Shown here one piece after another: positions 1-9,640 of a DNA stretch of 64,000 bases (its first letter is position 1; each line of letters starts with the position of its first letter). The translations under genes and the position numbers were made by a program. The notes under the pieces are model-generated. The model was not told the DNA's origin, made no database searches, and worked only from the letters and a program-made list of their open reading frames with translations. The stretch comes from a bacterium (GTDB taxonomy: Bacteria; Zhuqueibacterota; Zhuqueibacteria; Residuimicrobiales; Krinioviventaceae): NCBI GenBank assembly GCA_963693055.1, contig OY843751.1, positions 3,232,001 through 3,296,000 on the forward strand, written 5' to 3'.

Positions 1-1155
1 AGAGGTATTGCATTCAAAACGTATATTCTCACTTATTCCTTTGAACTCGTGAAAATCACCCGCATTTTTAAGAGTAGAAACAAAATGCACCATATACAAA
101 TATCCCAAACCAGAACCTGAAATGTGAGGCACACATTTTTTCCCAACTAATTCTGCCATTCGGGCTACACGTGTACATCGAATCATTCCTCCAAAATAAA
201 ACAAATCCGGTTGTACAATATCCAATGCATTATTAGCAATAAGCCATCTAAAACGATGCATACTGGTTTCCTGCTCTCCTCCGGACACAGGTATAGTCAA
301 CGCGTCTTTGATCATCTTGGTTTCTTCCAGCCAATCAAACGGACAAGGTTCTTCATAAAAACTGTAATTGTATTTTTCCAGCAAATGACCAATTTCAATT
401 CCCTTGTCAACAGTATATGATCCATTAGAATCCGCATACAGAATCATATCATCACCAAATGTTTCACGCACCAGTGGAATCAATTTAACTGTACGATCAG
501 GAGGATAATCTTGATTGTTACTCATGCGGCCACCAATTTTAACTTTTAAAGCCTTGGTTTGGCTTTTTTCAACATTTTCTTTAATTGTTTCGATTGATTT
601 TTCAGCAGATTCTCCGCGATAGTTATTGGCACGATAAACATTAATACTATCCTGATATCGCGTACCAATTAATTCAGTCACGGATTTATTTGAAATATTT
701 CCAAGCATGTCCAGAATTGCAAATTCCATAGATGCCAGCGATATCCATAAAGCTAGCCCCTGCAGTTTATAATTACTATTAGCAATGTAGACTTTGTGCA
801 ACAATGCTTCCAACTCTCTTGCATCTTGTTCCAGGAACAGAGGTTTAATTTTAATCAAAAATAATGGATATAAATATCGCATATGCGCATTATTACAAAC
901 AGCATGCCCTTCTGCCCCATCTTTAGAACGGACCTGTACAATAAAATTCTCATTATAATGTAGTAAAGATACAGACTCAATTATGACCGGTGATGTAAAC
1001 AATTCCTTGTTAAACACAGGTTGCTTTAATATTTCATCAAATTCAGAATAATCAACAGATTTTGATTGTGGTGCAGCACAACCAGTAGTTCCCAAAGAAA
1101 TTGCAGCGCATCCGGTACCCAGTGTCTTGAAAAAAGTTCTTCTTTCTTGTTCCAT
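1..1155 (-). CDS. Mandelate racemase/muconate lactonizing enzyme (enolase superfamily) protein with twin-arginine signal; 3' end runs off the window
   Basis: Not in the ORF track (no stop in window). Manual translation from ATG 1155 (GGAGG upstream): MEQERRTFFKTLGTGCAAISLGTTGC...EFAILDMLG...KVKIGG...LYADSNG...FYEEP...SGGEQE. This has KxK plus the D/E/E Mg ligands of the MR subgroup. Confidence 0.85.
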   Translation of the reverse strand, partial: MEQERRTFFKTLGTGCAAISLGTTGCAAPQSKSVDYSEFDEILKQPVFNKELFTSPVIIESVSLLHYNENFIVQVRSKDGAEGHAVCNNAHMRYLYPLFLIKIKPLFLEQDARELEALLHKVYIANSNYKLQGLALWISLASMEFAILDMLGNISNKSVTELIGTRYQDSINVYRANNYRGESAEKSIETIKENVEKSQTKALKVKIGGRMSNNQDYPPDRTVKLIPLVRETFGDDMILYADSNGSYTVDKGIEIGHLLEKYNYSFYEEPCPFDWLEETKMIKDALTIPVSGGEQETSMHRFRWLIANNALDIVQPDLFYFGGMIRCTRVARMAELVGKKCVPHISGSGLGYLYMVHFVSTLKNAGDFHEFKGISENIRFECNTS

Positions 1156-1175
1156 TATAAACCTCCAAATGGACA

Positions 1176-2189
1176 TTATTTGACAGATAATCTGAACAAT
1201 CGTATTTCATGAGAATGGTTTTTACGGGCAGCTTCGGCATATACCCACAATTCGTTATTAACCCACATCCAATGAGAATAACGCAAAGTATAAAATTTAT
1301 TCGCTGTTGTGCTCATTACCAGGGGTGAATCAATAGTTAAATCCTGAATATTATTCAAGTCAAAAGTAAAACCTAATCCTGTAACAACATTATAAACCGG
1401 GTCATACCAGGTTGAATTTGAACCTTCATATATAAAAAGATAACCTACTCCCAAGGGGAGTACACTAGCCGGGCGGATAAAAAAGTCGTGCCAACCTGTA
1501 AGCTTTAATACCGGATTGTTAGGATGCCCAATAGGCGACCAGCTTTCACCATCCTTACTGGTATAATGATAAATGCGTTCCAATCTGCGTAAATACCCAA
1601 TGACATAACAATGGTACATGCCATCAGCAAAAATTATTACCGGATCTTTATAGCCGTCTATAGTGATATCACGTTCCCAAGTTTTTTCAGGAGGAGAAAT
1701 AACAGCACGGGCTGTTGATGGAATAAATTGCGTGGGATCTTTAGCATCATCAAATTTAATAATCGACCAGATTCCATCTTTGAATGCACCACAAGCATAC
1801 AATTTAAACATTCCGGTTTCAGGATCAATTAATAGTGCAGGTCTCTCAAATCCGGGAATAGGTACATCCGTTCGAAGAATACTTTTTTCTTTTTTAAAAT
1901 GAATTCCGTCTTTACTACTCAAAATACGTAATTCATACCCCCTGTTACCTCTTGGTGCTTCAGGAGATCGCATTCTACATGCCATCCAGAATGTTCCATC
2001 TTTATCAATAACAACAGAAGGAGCTCCTGCCCACCATTCAGCGGCATTTTTATCCGGCTCCAGTACAACATCGTACTGATTAAAACGGTCGGAAATATTT
2101 TGAAAATCAGATGTAATTTGAGGGATTGAATTTTGAGCTAAAGCATAACAAGCAGAAATTAACGTCAATACTATTGTGAGTACTTTCAT
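1176..2189 (-). CDS. Secreted five-bladed beta-propeller glycoside-hydrolase-like protein
   Basis: Signal peptide; blade-like motifs AGAPSV, FERPAL, YKDPVI, IRPASV; S-x-D-G-x-x-W/F Asp boxes. Family not assignable. Confidence 0.6.
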   Translation of the reverse strand: MKVLTIVLTLISACYALAQNSIPQITSDFQNISDRFNQYDVVLEPDKNAAEWWAGAPSVVIDKDGTFWMACRMRSPEAPRGNRGYELRILSSKDGIHFKKEKSILRTDVPIPGFERPALLIDPETGMFKLYACGAFKDGIWSIIKFDDAKDPTQFIPSTARAVISPPEKTWERDITIDGYKDPVIIFADGMYHCYVIGYLRRLERIYHYTSKDGESWSPIGHPNNPVLKLTGWHDFFIRPASVLPLGVGYLFIYEGSNSTWYDPVYNVVTGLGFTFDLNNIQDLTIDSPLVMSTTANKFYTLRYSHWMWVNNELWVYAEAARKNHSHEIRLFRLSVK

Positions 2190-2215
2190 TTAAAGCCTCT
2201 CATATTAAGTAAAAT

Positions 2216-3061
2216 TTAAAATTCATGCCATTTTAAATTGGGTTGCACACCCCCAACAATTTGTTTACTGTCCTGTTTATTTTCATCAGTTAAAAAAAAT
2301 TGATCAACCGGTAAACGATCACGGTAACTGCTCAACTCCTGTATTTCCATATTATATGCATTTTCAACTGCCTCAGAAAATGGAATTCCAGTAATCCATT
2401 CTTGTATATAAAACACCGGTGAGAATAAAGCAAAACTGTTAATTGATACAGCTCCATTCACAGCTTGAATCCCATATTCTTGCCAGTCGTCAACCATACC
2501 GGAACCATTACAGCAGGTTTGATATAATGAACGAATTTGAATATCCCTGTCATTTAAATCTTGAATGAATTTATCAATAAGGCAAAAATTTGAATAGAAT
2601 GAAACACCATTACTACCGCCATGCAGATTAAAAATCATATCGATAGAATATCCCTGCTCTGATAACAATGACAATGAATCGATTAAAACGGAATACATAG
2701 CCATTTCATCAGTCAGTGAAATAAATTTATCATAATATTCGGATGAAATGTTTTGAATCTCTTTTATCTGCCATGCTTCACCATAAACATCAATAATTTG
2801 GTTTAATGTCATGTTTTTCATTGAATCCTTGGGAACAGTAAAAAAATCTGAAAACACAGGTAAAATTGAATTTTTAAAAATTTGAAATGCGGTTTCAATG
2901 CTTTGTCCCCCTACTGAATTGTTATTTTCAATAACACAAACCAATGCCTTGGGAGATTCCAAATTACCGAGTTCATTTTCAGGTTCGTTGGGATTTTTTT
3001 GACAAGCAAGTAATAGTACAAGAATAAAAGTAAAAATGCCAAGTAAGATATTACGCATCAT
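2216..3061 (-). CDS. Hypothetical lipoprotein, possible caspase/clostripain-like His-Cys fold
   Basis: Lipobox LLAC; MIFNLHGG and SLYQTCCNG strand-end motifs. Confidence 0.55.
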   Translation of the reverse strand: MMRNILLGIFTFILVLLLACQKNPNEPENELGNLESPKALVCVIENNNSVGGQSIETAFQIFKNSILPVFSDFFTVPKDSMKNMTLNQIIDVYGEAWQIKEIQNISSEYYDKFISLTDEMAMYSVLIDSLSLLSEQGYSIDMIFNLHGGSNGVSFYSNFCLIDKFIQDLNDRDIQIRSLYQTCCNGSGMVDDWQEYGIQAVNGAVSINSFALFSPVFYIQEWITGIPFSEAVENAYNMEIQELSSYRDRLPVDQFFLTDENKQDSKQIVGGVQPNLKWHEF

Positions 3062-3073
3062 TGATCCTGGTAT

Positions 3074-3727
3074 CTATTTAATCGTGGCTGTGGATGAAAA
3101 AAATAAACGTGAAAGCTTTTTCATTTTATGATTAATATTTAAATTATATTTTTTAAACACAGATTCAAGGAATGGTATAGTAATATTATTAGAACCAATT
3201 TCCCAAAAATGATGATCAGTAGACAGTTTCTTTTTAGGCAAAGAGAGTTTTAATTCACGATTACCTAACTTGGGAATACGGGCTTCTAATCTAAATAATA
3301 CATATTCAGAAATAGGCACGCTGCAAAAAAATGAACCCTTACAAATTTGATTAAATAATGCAAGAAACTTTTCAAATTCAGTGAATGGAATATGTTCAAA
3401 AACTTCAAAAGCTAAAATATGGTCAAATGTATAACCACTCCAGTCAAATGTTACTACATTTGCAACAATATCAGGATTTTTATCTTTATCAATATCAATT
3501 GTTGTTACCTTAACCCCCTTTGATCTAAGATAATTTGCAGTAAAACCACTTCCAACCCCTATTTCTAATATATGTTGTCCTGCATTGATATGGTTTTGCA
3601 TCAACTTTTGCTGCTGCCAGTACAATCGCCAATGGTTTTCAGTTTCCAGACTATGAATCCAATCAGATGAGTAGCGGTATACTATATCGCCTACGGTATC
3701 AGTCTTTTCAGTATCAGAATTTCGCAT
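3074..3727 (-). CDS. Class I SAM-dependent methyltransferase
   Basis: ILEIGVGSG motif I, TIDID, AFEVFEHI. Confidence 0.85.
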   Translation of the reverse strand: MRNSDTEKTDTVGDIVYRYSSDWIHSLETENHWRLYWQQQKLMQNHINAGQHILEIGVGSGFTANYLRSKGVKVTTIDIDKDKNPDIVANVVTFDWSGYTFDHILAFEVFEHIPFTEFEKFLALFNQICKGSFFCSVPISEYVLFRLEARIPKLGNRELKLSLPKKKLSTDHHFWEIGSNNITIPFLESVFKKYNLNINHKMKKLSRLFFSSTATIK

Positions 3728-3807
3728 AATTTATCAGTCCTTGATTAAATTACAGTATAACCATACTAGATAAATAAATCAAGAACAATAAATGTGCTTA
3801 TGGAGAG

Positions 3808-3834
3808 AAAAAAAGGCGGTTTAAAAACCGCCTT
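3808..3834 (-). terminator. Intrinsic terminator of marR-doxX
   Basis: Stem AAGGCGGTTT/AAACCGCCTT followed by a U-run on the minus strand. Confidence 0.75.
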
Positions 3835-3841
3835 AAAGAAA

Positions 3842-4207
3842 TTAACTTTCACTTTTTCCAGAGAAAAATAAAGCAGCCCCAGCCAATGCAAGATCCTTTA
3901 GGAAACTTGGCATAGACATTTGCATTGTTTCCGGATTCAATACACCTGGGAAATGTACGAGAAACGCAAACAGAGCTAGCATAATGCCGAGTAACAAGGC
4001 AGCAAGCTTATCATATTTTTTTGCTATAATACTTATAGCCGCTGCAATTAAAGCTAACCCTGTAAAATATACCCAAAATACCTTAAAAGGCAAAAATGCA
4101 GGTACAATACCACTCATAGCACTACCATTCATTAAATGCAATAAACCAAATACAGCTAATGGTACAGCATATATTAATCGAGCTACAATTCCAGTTACGA
4201 ATTTCAT
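3842..4207 (-). CDS. DoxX family membrane protein
   Basis: Four hydrophobic helices; FGLLHL, VPAFLP, FLKDLALAGAAL; strong SD AAAGGAG. Confidence 0.85.
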   Translation of the reverse strand: MKFVTGIVARLIYAVPLAVFGLLHLMNGSAMSGIVPAFLPFKVFWVYFTGLALIAAAISIIAKKYDKLAALLLGIMLALFAFLVHFPGVLNPETMQMSMPSFLKDLALAGAALFFSGKSES

Positions 4208-4228
4208 GATGTTCTCCTTTATTAAATA

Positions 4229-4681
4229 TTAATCCCTCAAGCTATCTAAAAGCTTATTCATTGTTTTAGCTTCGCTTTCAGAGATGTTTTGAATTTTACT
4301 TTCCCAATTTATTGCAACGTTATCCAATTCAGCTAACAGATCCATTCCTTTATCTGTGATATATACATCAACAGCTCTACGATTATCATCACAAATTTCA
4401 CGTTTTACTAGTCCTTTAATTCTCAAACGTTCTACAATTCTTGAAGCGTCAGACATTTTGTCCAGCATTCTTTCCCGTATCAATTTTACAGTTACTGGAT
4501 CAGGATGCTGCCCTCTTAGAATCCTCAAAACATTATATTGTTTTGGAGTAAGTCCATAGGGTTTTAATCCTTCAACTGTTAGTTCAACAATCCAATTACT
4601 TGTGTACATGATGTTGATCAATAATTTCTGATACTCGGTTCTAAATACCGGTTGACTGATTTCGTTTTCAATTTTAACCAT
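4229..4681 (-). CDS. MarR family transcriptional regulator
   Basis: LTPKQYNVLRIL...SRIVERL...GLV.R...DNRR...ITDKG winged-helix pattern. Confidence 0.92.
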   Translation of the reverse strand: MVKIENEISQPVFRTEYQKLLINIMYTSNWIVELTVEGLKPYGLTPKQYNVLRILRGQHPDPVTVKLIRERMLDKMSDASRIVERLRIKGLVKREICDDNRRAVDVYITDKGMDLLAELDNVAINWESKIQNISESEAKTMNKLLDSLRD

Positions 4682-4714
4682 TTATAACTCCCTCATTTTA
4701 GCCGATACAACAAC

Positions 4715-4730
4715 TAATGTTTAAACATTA
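4715..4730. promoter_or_regulatory. Perfect 16-bp palindrome, candidate MarR auto-operator
   Basis: TAATGTTTAAACATTA, about 33 bp upstream of the marR start. Confidence 0.6.
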
Positions 4731-4761
4731 TTCCTTAAATATAATTATTTTTAGCTATATG

Positions 4762-4800
4762 AAAAAAGATCCTGTCATTGTTTAATAACAGGATCTTTTT
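4762..4800 (-). terminator. Intrinsic terminator
   Basis: AAAAAGATCCTGT...ACAGGATCTTTTT 13-bp stem just after the stop of 4811..5938. Confidence 0.75.
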
Positions 4801-4810
4801 CCTATAGGCA

Positions 4811-5938
4811 TTATTTAATGAATGTCATTTTCTTAACCTTTTTAAAAGCAGTACCCTTTTGATCTTTTGCTTCAAATTGCAGAAAATATAACCCTGATGT
4901 TTGTTTATTTCCGTATAAATCATCACCATACCATGACCAACTGTACTGACCTTCTTGTTGAGTCATAAAATTGAATTGTGTTACCAATTGTCCAAGTTGG
5001 TTAAAAATAGTTATCGTAACATCAGATTGATCGGGTATTGAATATTGGATAACTGTTGAGGGATTAAAGGGATTTGGGTAATTGTCTGACAACTGATAAC
5101 GATCAATATCCTTAATATTATTTCTAACTAGCGTATTAACCTCTACATCCCGGGTTAAAACACCATATTCTTTTGCATTAAATGCTCCGGTCATATGATA
5201 AAATACAATAAATTGATCTAGTCCATAGTTTCCCATCACTTCTGCAGTGATACCAATAGACTCATAAGCTATTGTGCCATTAATTTCTCCATTTGAAACG
5301 ATAACACTCCCCTGCCAGGGATCTGATGCGGCAAATACTACCGAATCCCCTGCATCATTCACACTACCGGTAAGCGTATAACTTACCGGATTCGGATCAC
5401 CAAATATGCCCCAGGCTGTGAGTGTTAAATTTGCAGTTTTATTATTATCCTGCATTTCAACTAGAGCGGTTGCAGAACCATCCACTTCATAAGTAGTATT
5501 ATCCCAAACTCCTTCCCACTCGTCAACAAGATCTAACAACTGTACTACATCAGGGAATTCAATTTCAGTAAAATTTGTATTATGAATAAAATCCAATTGT
5601 ACATCATCCTGAATATTGGTAATCATCATTTCCCAGGCATGGTCGACAGGTGGCAAATCATATGACTTGTTATTATTAAAATCAGCATAAAAACTGATTT
5701 TATAATCATGTGATTGTAATAGTACCCAAAGATCAATCTTAAATTCAGCCCCTGGAATAGCATGCAGTGTTTTTCTTCCAACTTCCAGGCCATTATCCAG
5801 ATCTACAACTCGTAACTGCAGCATCTGCCCGATATGTGGGGACATTGAACTGAAACTAACTGTTAATTTATAATTTGCAAAAGACACAGATGAAAAAAAT
5901 AAAAGCAAATATACAACCAAGTTTTTAATATTAATCAT
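4811..5938 (-). CDS. Secreted protein with T9SS-type/FlgD-Ig C-terminal sorting domain
   Basis: Signal peptide; C-terminal NYPNPFNP...SGLYF...KKMTFIK. Confidence 0.8.
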   Translation of the reverse strand: MINIKNLVVYLLLFFSSVSFANYKLTVSFSSMSPHIGQMLQLRVVDLDNGLEVGRKTLHAIPGAEFKIDLWVLLQSHDYKISFYADFNNNKSYDLPPVDHAWEMMITNIQDDVQLDFIHNTNFTEIEFPDVVQLLDLVDEWEGVWDNTTYEVDGSATALVEMQDNNKTANLTLTAWGIFGDPNPVSYTLTGSVNDAGDSVVFAASDPWQGSVIVSNGEINGTIAYESIGITAEVMGNYGLDQFIVFYHMTGAFNAKEYGVLTRDVEVNTLVRNNIKDIDRYQLSDNYPNPFNPSTVIQYSIPDQSDVTITIFNQLGQLVTQFNFMTQQEGQYSWSWYGDDLYGNKQTSGLYFLQFEAKDQKGTAFKKVKKMTFIK

Positions 5939-6185
5939 TTCTATCTCCTAATGAATTCAATTCATATAACAATTAAAAACAGAGCATAAAAATGTATTAT
6001 TCCTCAAGATGGATGTTGCAACATATATTTTACTAAATAAACATTGTGAATATAATTCATTCTACATATATTATCTTGTCCATTTAATACCAGAAATATG
6101 AATTTAATAATTAGTTAACACTTGCTACATGCAATAATTATTTAATTTTCATAAATTATGAAAAAAGTTAATAAAAGGAGTATGT

Positions 6186-7541
6186 ATGAAATTTGAAAAA
6201 ATGGCAGGACTGTTTCTTAGTGCACTATTCTTTTTCACATTTGCCTGTGAAAAAGATAAAGAACCCACAAAGCCGGAAATAGTCCAAAAATCCGCTTCAA
6301 TTGCGGTACTTTCCGATCTCCATTATTATGATCCTTCGCTGGGAACATCCAGTGATGCTTTTGAGGAGTATCTCGTTCATGATCGAAAGCTCATAAAAGA
6401 GAGTGAAGCAATAATGGAAGCAGTTGTTGATTTGATATCTGATGAGAATGTAGAGATCGTACTCGTTCCGGGTGACTTGACTAAAGATGGCGTTAAGCAA
6501 TGCCATGAAAATGTTGCACAATATCTGGCAATGCTGGAAAGCGCTGGTAAAAAGGTATATGTTGTTCCGGGCAATCATGATATAGGCAACACTGATTCAT
6601 ACAGCTATCCTGATAACAGTGATCCTGTACTGGAATCTTCAATTACAGCAGATGAGTTCAGTAGTATTTATAATGATTTTGGTTTCTCGGAAGCAATTTA
6701 TAAAGATGCTTCCTCCCTTTCCTATATAGCAGAACCGAAAGAGGGTATTTGGATATTAGGTATTGATGGATGTAATTACAATTCAAAATATCCTGAAATT
6801 TCATGGGTTGGTGGTAAACTAGCCACCGAAACATTAACCTGGATTTCAGAAAAAATGCAATATGCAAAAGAAAACGATATTACCGTTTTCGCTTTAGCGC
6901 ATCATGGTGTTGTTGAGCATTTCCCTGAAATGGATATGTTATTTGCCGACTATTTATTTGTAGACTGGGAAAATGTAGCTGCTCAACTGGCTAATATGGG
7001 TGTAAATCTGGTTTTCACAGGACACCATCATGCAACTGATATAAATAGTTTACCCGTTGATGATACATACATAATTGATATCCAAACGGGCTCAACAGTT
7101 ACCTGGCAGTGTCCCTATCGTTTGGTTAACTATGATGGTGAAAACAACCTGGTTACTATTAACACCAAAGTCATTACCAGCATCAATTATGATCTAGGCG
7201 GACAGGATTTCCAGACTTTTGCCAAAGATTATCTGGATAATGGTATGCAGGATCTTATTGTAACGGAACTGGGCAAAATGGGAATTCCTGCGGGTATAGC
7301 AGGACTCTTGGTACCGAATATTGCTCCCACTCTAATGGCCTATTATCATGGGGATGAACCAAACATGCAGAGTGAATATCAGAATGTTATAACCAGCATC
7401 AATCAGATGACAACCAATTCAAATGAAATGATTGCCGGTTTGGGTTCTATTCTGTTGGGTGTTTGGAATGATACTACGCCGGATAATAATGTTATTATTG
7501 ATTTAAATACAGGAACAATCAGCTACAATTCAGGATCCTAA
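6186..7541 (+). CDS. Calcineurin-like metallophosphoesterase lipoprotein
   Basis: Lipobox TFAC; intact SDLH, PGDL, GNHD, AHH and GHHH motifs. Confidence 0.88.
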   Translation: MKFEKMAGLFLSALFFFTFACEKDKEPTKPEIVQKSASIAVLSDLHYYDPSLGTSSDAFEEYLVHDRKLIKESEAIMEAVVDLISDENVEIVLVPGDLTKDGVKQCHENVAQYLAMLESAGKKVYVVPGNHDIGNTDSYSYPDNSDPVLESSITADEFSSIYNDFGFSEAIYKDASSLSYIAEPKEGIWILGIDGCNYNSKYPEISWVGGKLATETLTWISEKMQYAKENDITVFALAHHGVVEHFPEMDMLFADYLFVDWENVAAQLANMGVNLVFTGHHHATDINSLPVDDTYIIDIQTGSTVTWQCPYRLVNYDGENNLVTINTKVITSINYDLGGQDFQTFAKDYLDNGMQDLIVTELGKMGIPAGIAGLLVPNIAPTLMAYYHGDEPNMQSEYQNVITSINQMTTNSNEMIAGLGSILLGVWNDTTPDNNVIIDLNTGTISYNSGS

Positions 7542-7550
7542 TCTTATTTT

Positions 7551-7585
7551 CTTTCCTGCCCTTGAACAAATCAAGGACAGGAAAG
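7551..7585 (+). terminator. Stem-loop, probable terminator
   Basis: CTTTCCTG-C-CCTTGA / TCAAGG-A-CAGGAAAG immediately after stop 7541. Confidence 0.6.
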
Positions 7586-7645
7586 ATTTGAACTTTTTCA
7601 TGATAAAAAAGTAAAATTAGAATACGACAAAAAAAGGGGTTTATC

Positions 7646-8692
7646 ATGAAAAATTCAATTTTGTTTGCTTTTCTTATTTTAATATCCTTTTCAAATTGTG
7701 CAGTAAAAGAGTTAAACTCTGCAAAAGTCTATTATGCAATGGAAATGGACGATAATTTATACAATACAGAGGAATACATCAAAATTGATGAAAGTGGATT
7801 TATAAATGCACTTTCGAATCCTCTATCAACATTTGCGGCAGATGTAGATGCAGCTTCATATTCAAATGCCAGACGTTTTTTCATGCAGGACAAAATACCA
7901 TACAAAGATGTGGTACGTAGTGAAGAATTTATAAACTATTTCAATTATGATTATCCAACGCCCAATGATAATTATCCCCTATCCATTTACATGGAATATT
8001 CAGATTGTCCCTGGACTGCCAATAATAAACTGGTACATATTGGTATTCAGGGAAAACATATGCAAAGCGGAAAAAGACCTGCGAGTAATCTGGTTTTCTT
8101 GCTGGATAAATCAGGCTCAATGAAAGATGCCAAGAAATTACCACTTTTGTAAAAATCATTTCATTTATTGGTTGATCAATTAAATGAAAATGATAAAATT
8201 TCAATTGTAACCTATGCCGGCAATGCAGGAATTATTTTGGGACCCACGCCTGGTAGCGACAAAGAAAAAATAATTAAAACCATAAACAGACTTGATGCCT
8301 GAGGTTCTACAGCAGGTGGTAAAGGAATTCAACTGGCTTATGATGTAGCAAAAAAAAATTATATAGAGGGAGGAAACAATCGTGTAATTCTGGGTACTGA
8401 TGGTGATGGAAAACTTGACCGTCATTATGGCTACCCATCTTATATTGGTTCCGGGGAATGGGAGACAAACCATATGGTTGGAGGAGAAAAATCAGAACAT
8501 TGGACCAATTTTACAAAAATAGTAGCTGCACCTGAAGATGCTATAATGGAAGCAGTGTTTTGGTACACAGCTCATGGTGTCGAAATTGGACCTGTTATTT
8601 GGGGAGAATTTGCTACAATACAAAAAGTTGAAAGTGGTTCTTGTGATTATTACATCAGCCCTACCGGACCTGGTTTTGGGAAATGGAATTAA
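7646..8692 (+). pseudogene. Chimeric pseudogene: YfbK-like VWA protein N-part (two in-frame stops) fused in frame to the 3' end of an unrelated gene
   Basis: One frame from 7646 to 8692: STFAADVDAASY, EEFINYF, NLVFLLDKSGSM, TAA 8150, KISIVTYAG, LDA-TGA(8300)-[16 protein letters not shown], then a switch to [22 protein letters not shown]...GPGFGKWN. Confidence 0.8.
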
Positions 8693-8700
8693 TGGATTAA

Positions 8701-8727
8701 AAAAACCCCGGCAGTGCCGGGGTTTTT
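8701..8727 (+). terminator. Intrinsic terminator
   Basis: AAAAACCCCGGCA-G-TGCCGGGGTTTTT. Confidence 0.8.
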
Positions 8728-8804
8728 CACTTTTGATAAAATTAGGCTTTGAAATTTGCTCTTGTTTCTGTATGTTTAGGATTCAGAAACAGGAGCTTTA
8801 ATTT

Positions 8805-9542
8805 ATGTATCGCAAATTGTTTTACAATATTTGTATCATTCTTGTTATATACAGTTCTATTTTACTTGCTCAAAAACGTTTTGTAGACAATGATCTTTCC
8901 GGGCTTGCATTTGTTTCGCTGGGAACACATAATATAAATCTTGAAGAATTTGATACTGCCCTTGCGTCAAGTTCCCTACCCTATCCCCCGCTTGAAACGT
9001 CCATGTACACATTTGGGGCTGGTGGTGTAATAATTATCAAAGACTGGATCATTTCCGCAGAAGGATCAGGATTACTTGCCAACAGTAAAACTTTTGGAGA
9101 CTATAATTCAAAACTTAGTGGCGGCTATGTTACCCTGAATACTGGCTTTCTTTTAGCTAAAAGCAGATCATTCATGATCTATCCACTTGTAGGTATTGGT
9201 GGTGGATCCATAAATTATAAAATATATCAAGAACCCGATGATATGATTTTTGCAGATGTTCTGGAAAATCCGAGCACAGAAACTTCTTTGAACAATAAAT
9301 CCATATACATGAACCTTGCAATGTCACTACATTATAATATCCACACTTTTCGTGATGACCGGGATAGTGGTAATTTTTTTATTGGTGCTAAAGCCGGTTA
9401 CAAGGCAACTATAAAATCTTTTGATTGGTACATCCAGGGCACAAGTACTAAACTTGCAGAAGGTCCAATTACAGGTCTGGATGGATATTATATAGAATTT
9501 GTTTTTGGCATTGGAGGATTCAATTTCTCTGATGTTGATTGA
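8805..9542 (+). CDS. Hypothetical exported protein, probable outer-membrane beta-barrel
   Basis: Signal peptide; Gly/aromatic alternating strands (IYPLVGIGGG, FFIGAKAGY, YYIEFVFGIG). Confidence 0.6.
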   Translation: MYRKLFYNICIILVIYSSILLAQKRFVDNDLSGLAFVSLGTHNINLEEFDTALASSSLPYPPLETSMYTFGAGGVIIIKDWIISAEGSGLLANSKTFGDYNSKLSGGYVTLNTGFLLAKSRSFMIYPLVGIGGGSINYKIYQEPDDMIFADVLENPSTETSLNNKSIYMNLAMSLHYNIHTFRDDRDSGNFFIGAKAGYKATIKSFDWYIQGTSTKLAEGPITGLDGYYIEFVFGIGGFNFSDVD

Positions 9543-9640
9543 TTCATACCTTAAGTATTTCCATTCATGATTATATCTATATTCCAGTACTAGAAAATAA
9601 TTTTATCCAACGAGTATAACTGACCAACAGGAAGGTATTA

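Noticed and set aside
8300-8302. In-frame TGA in the VWA gene as possible selenocysteine
   Set aside because: It aligns with a conserved Gly (AGGST motif; GGA->TGA), follows an upstream TAA, and has no Cys context, so it is a nonsense mutation.
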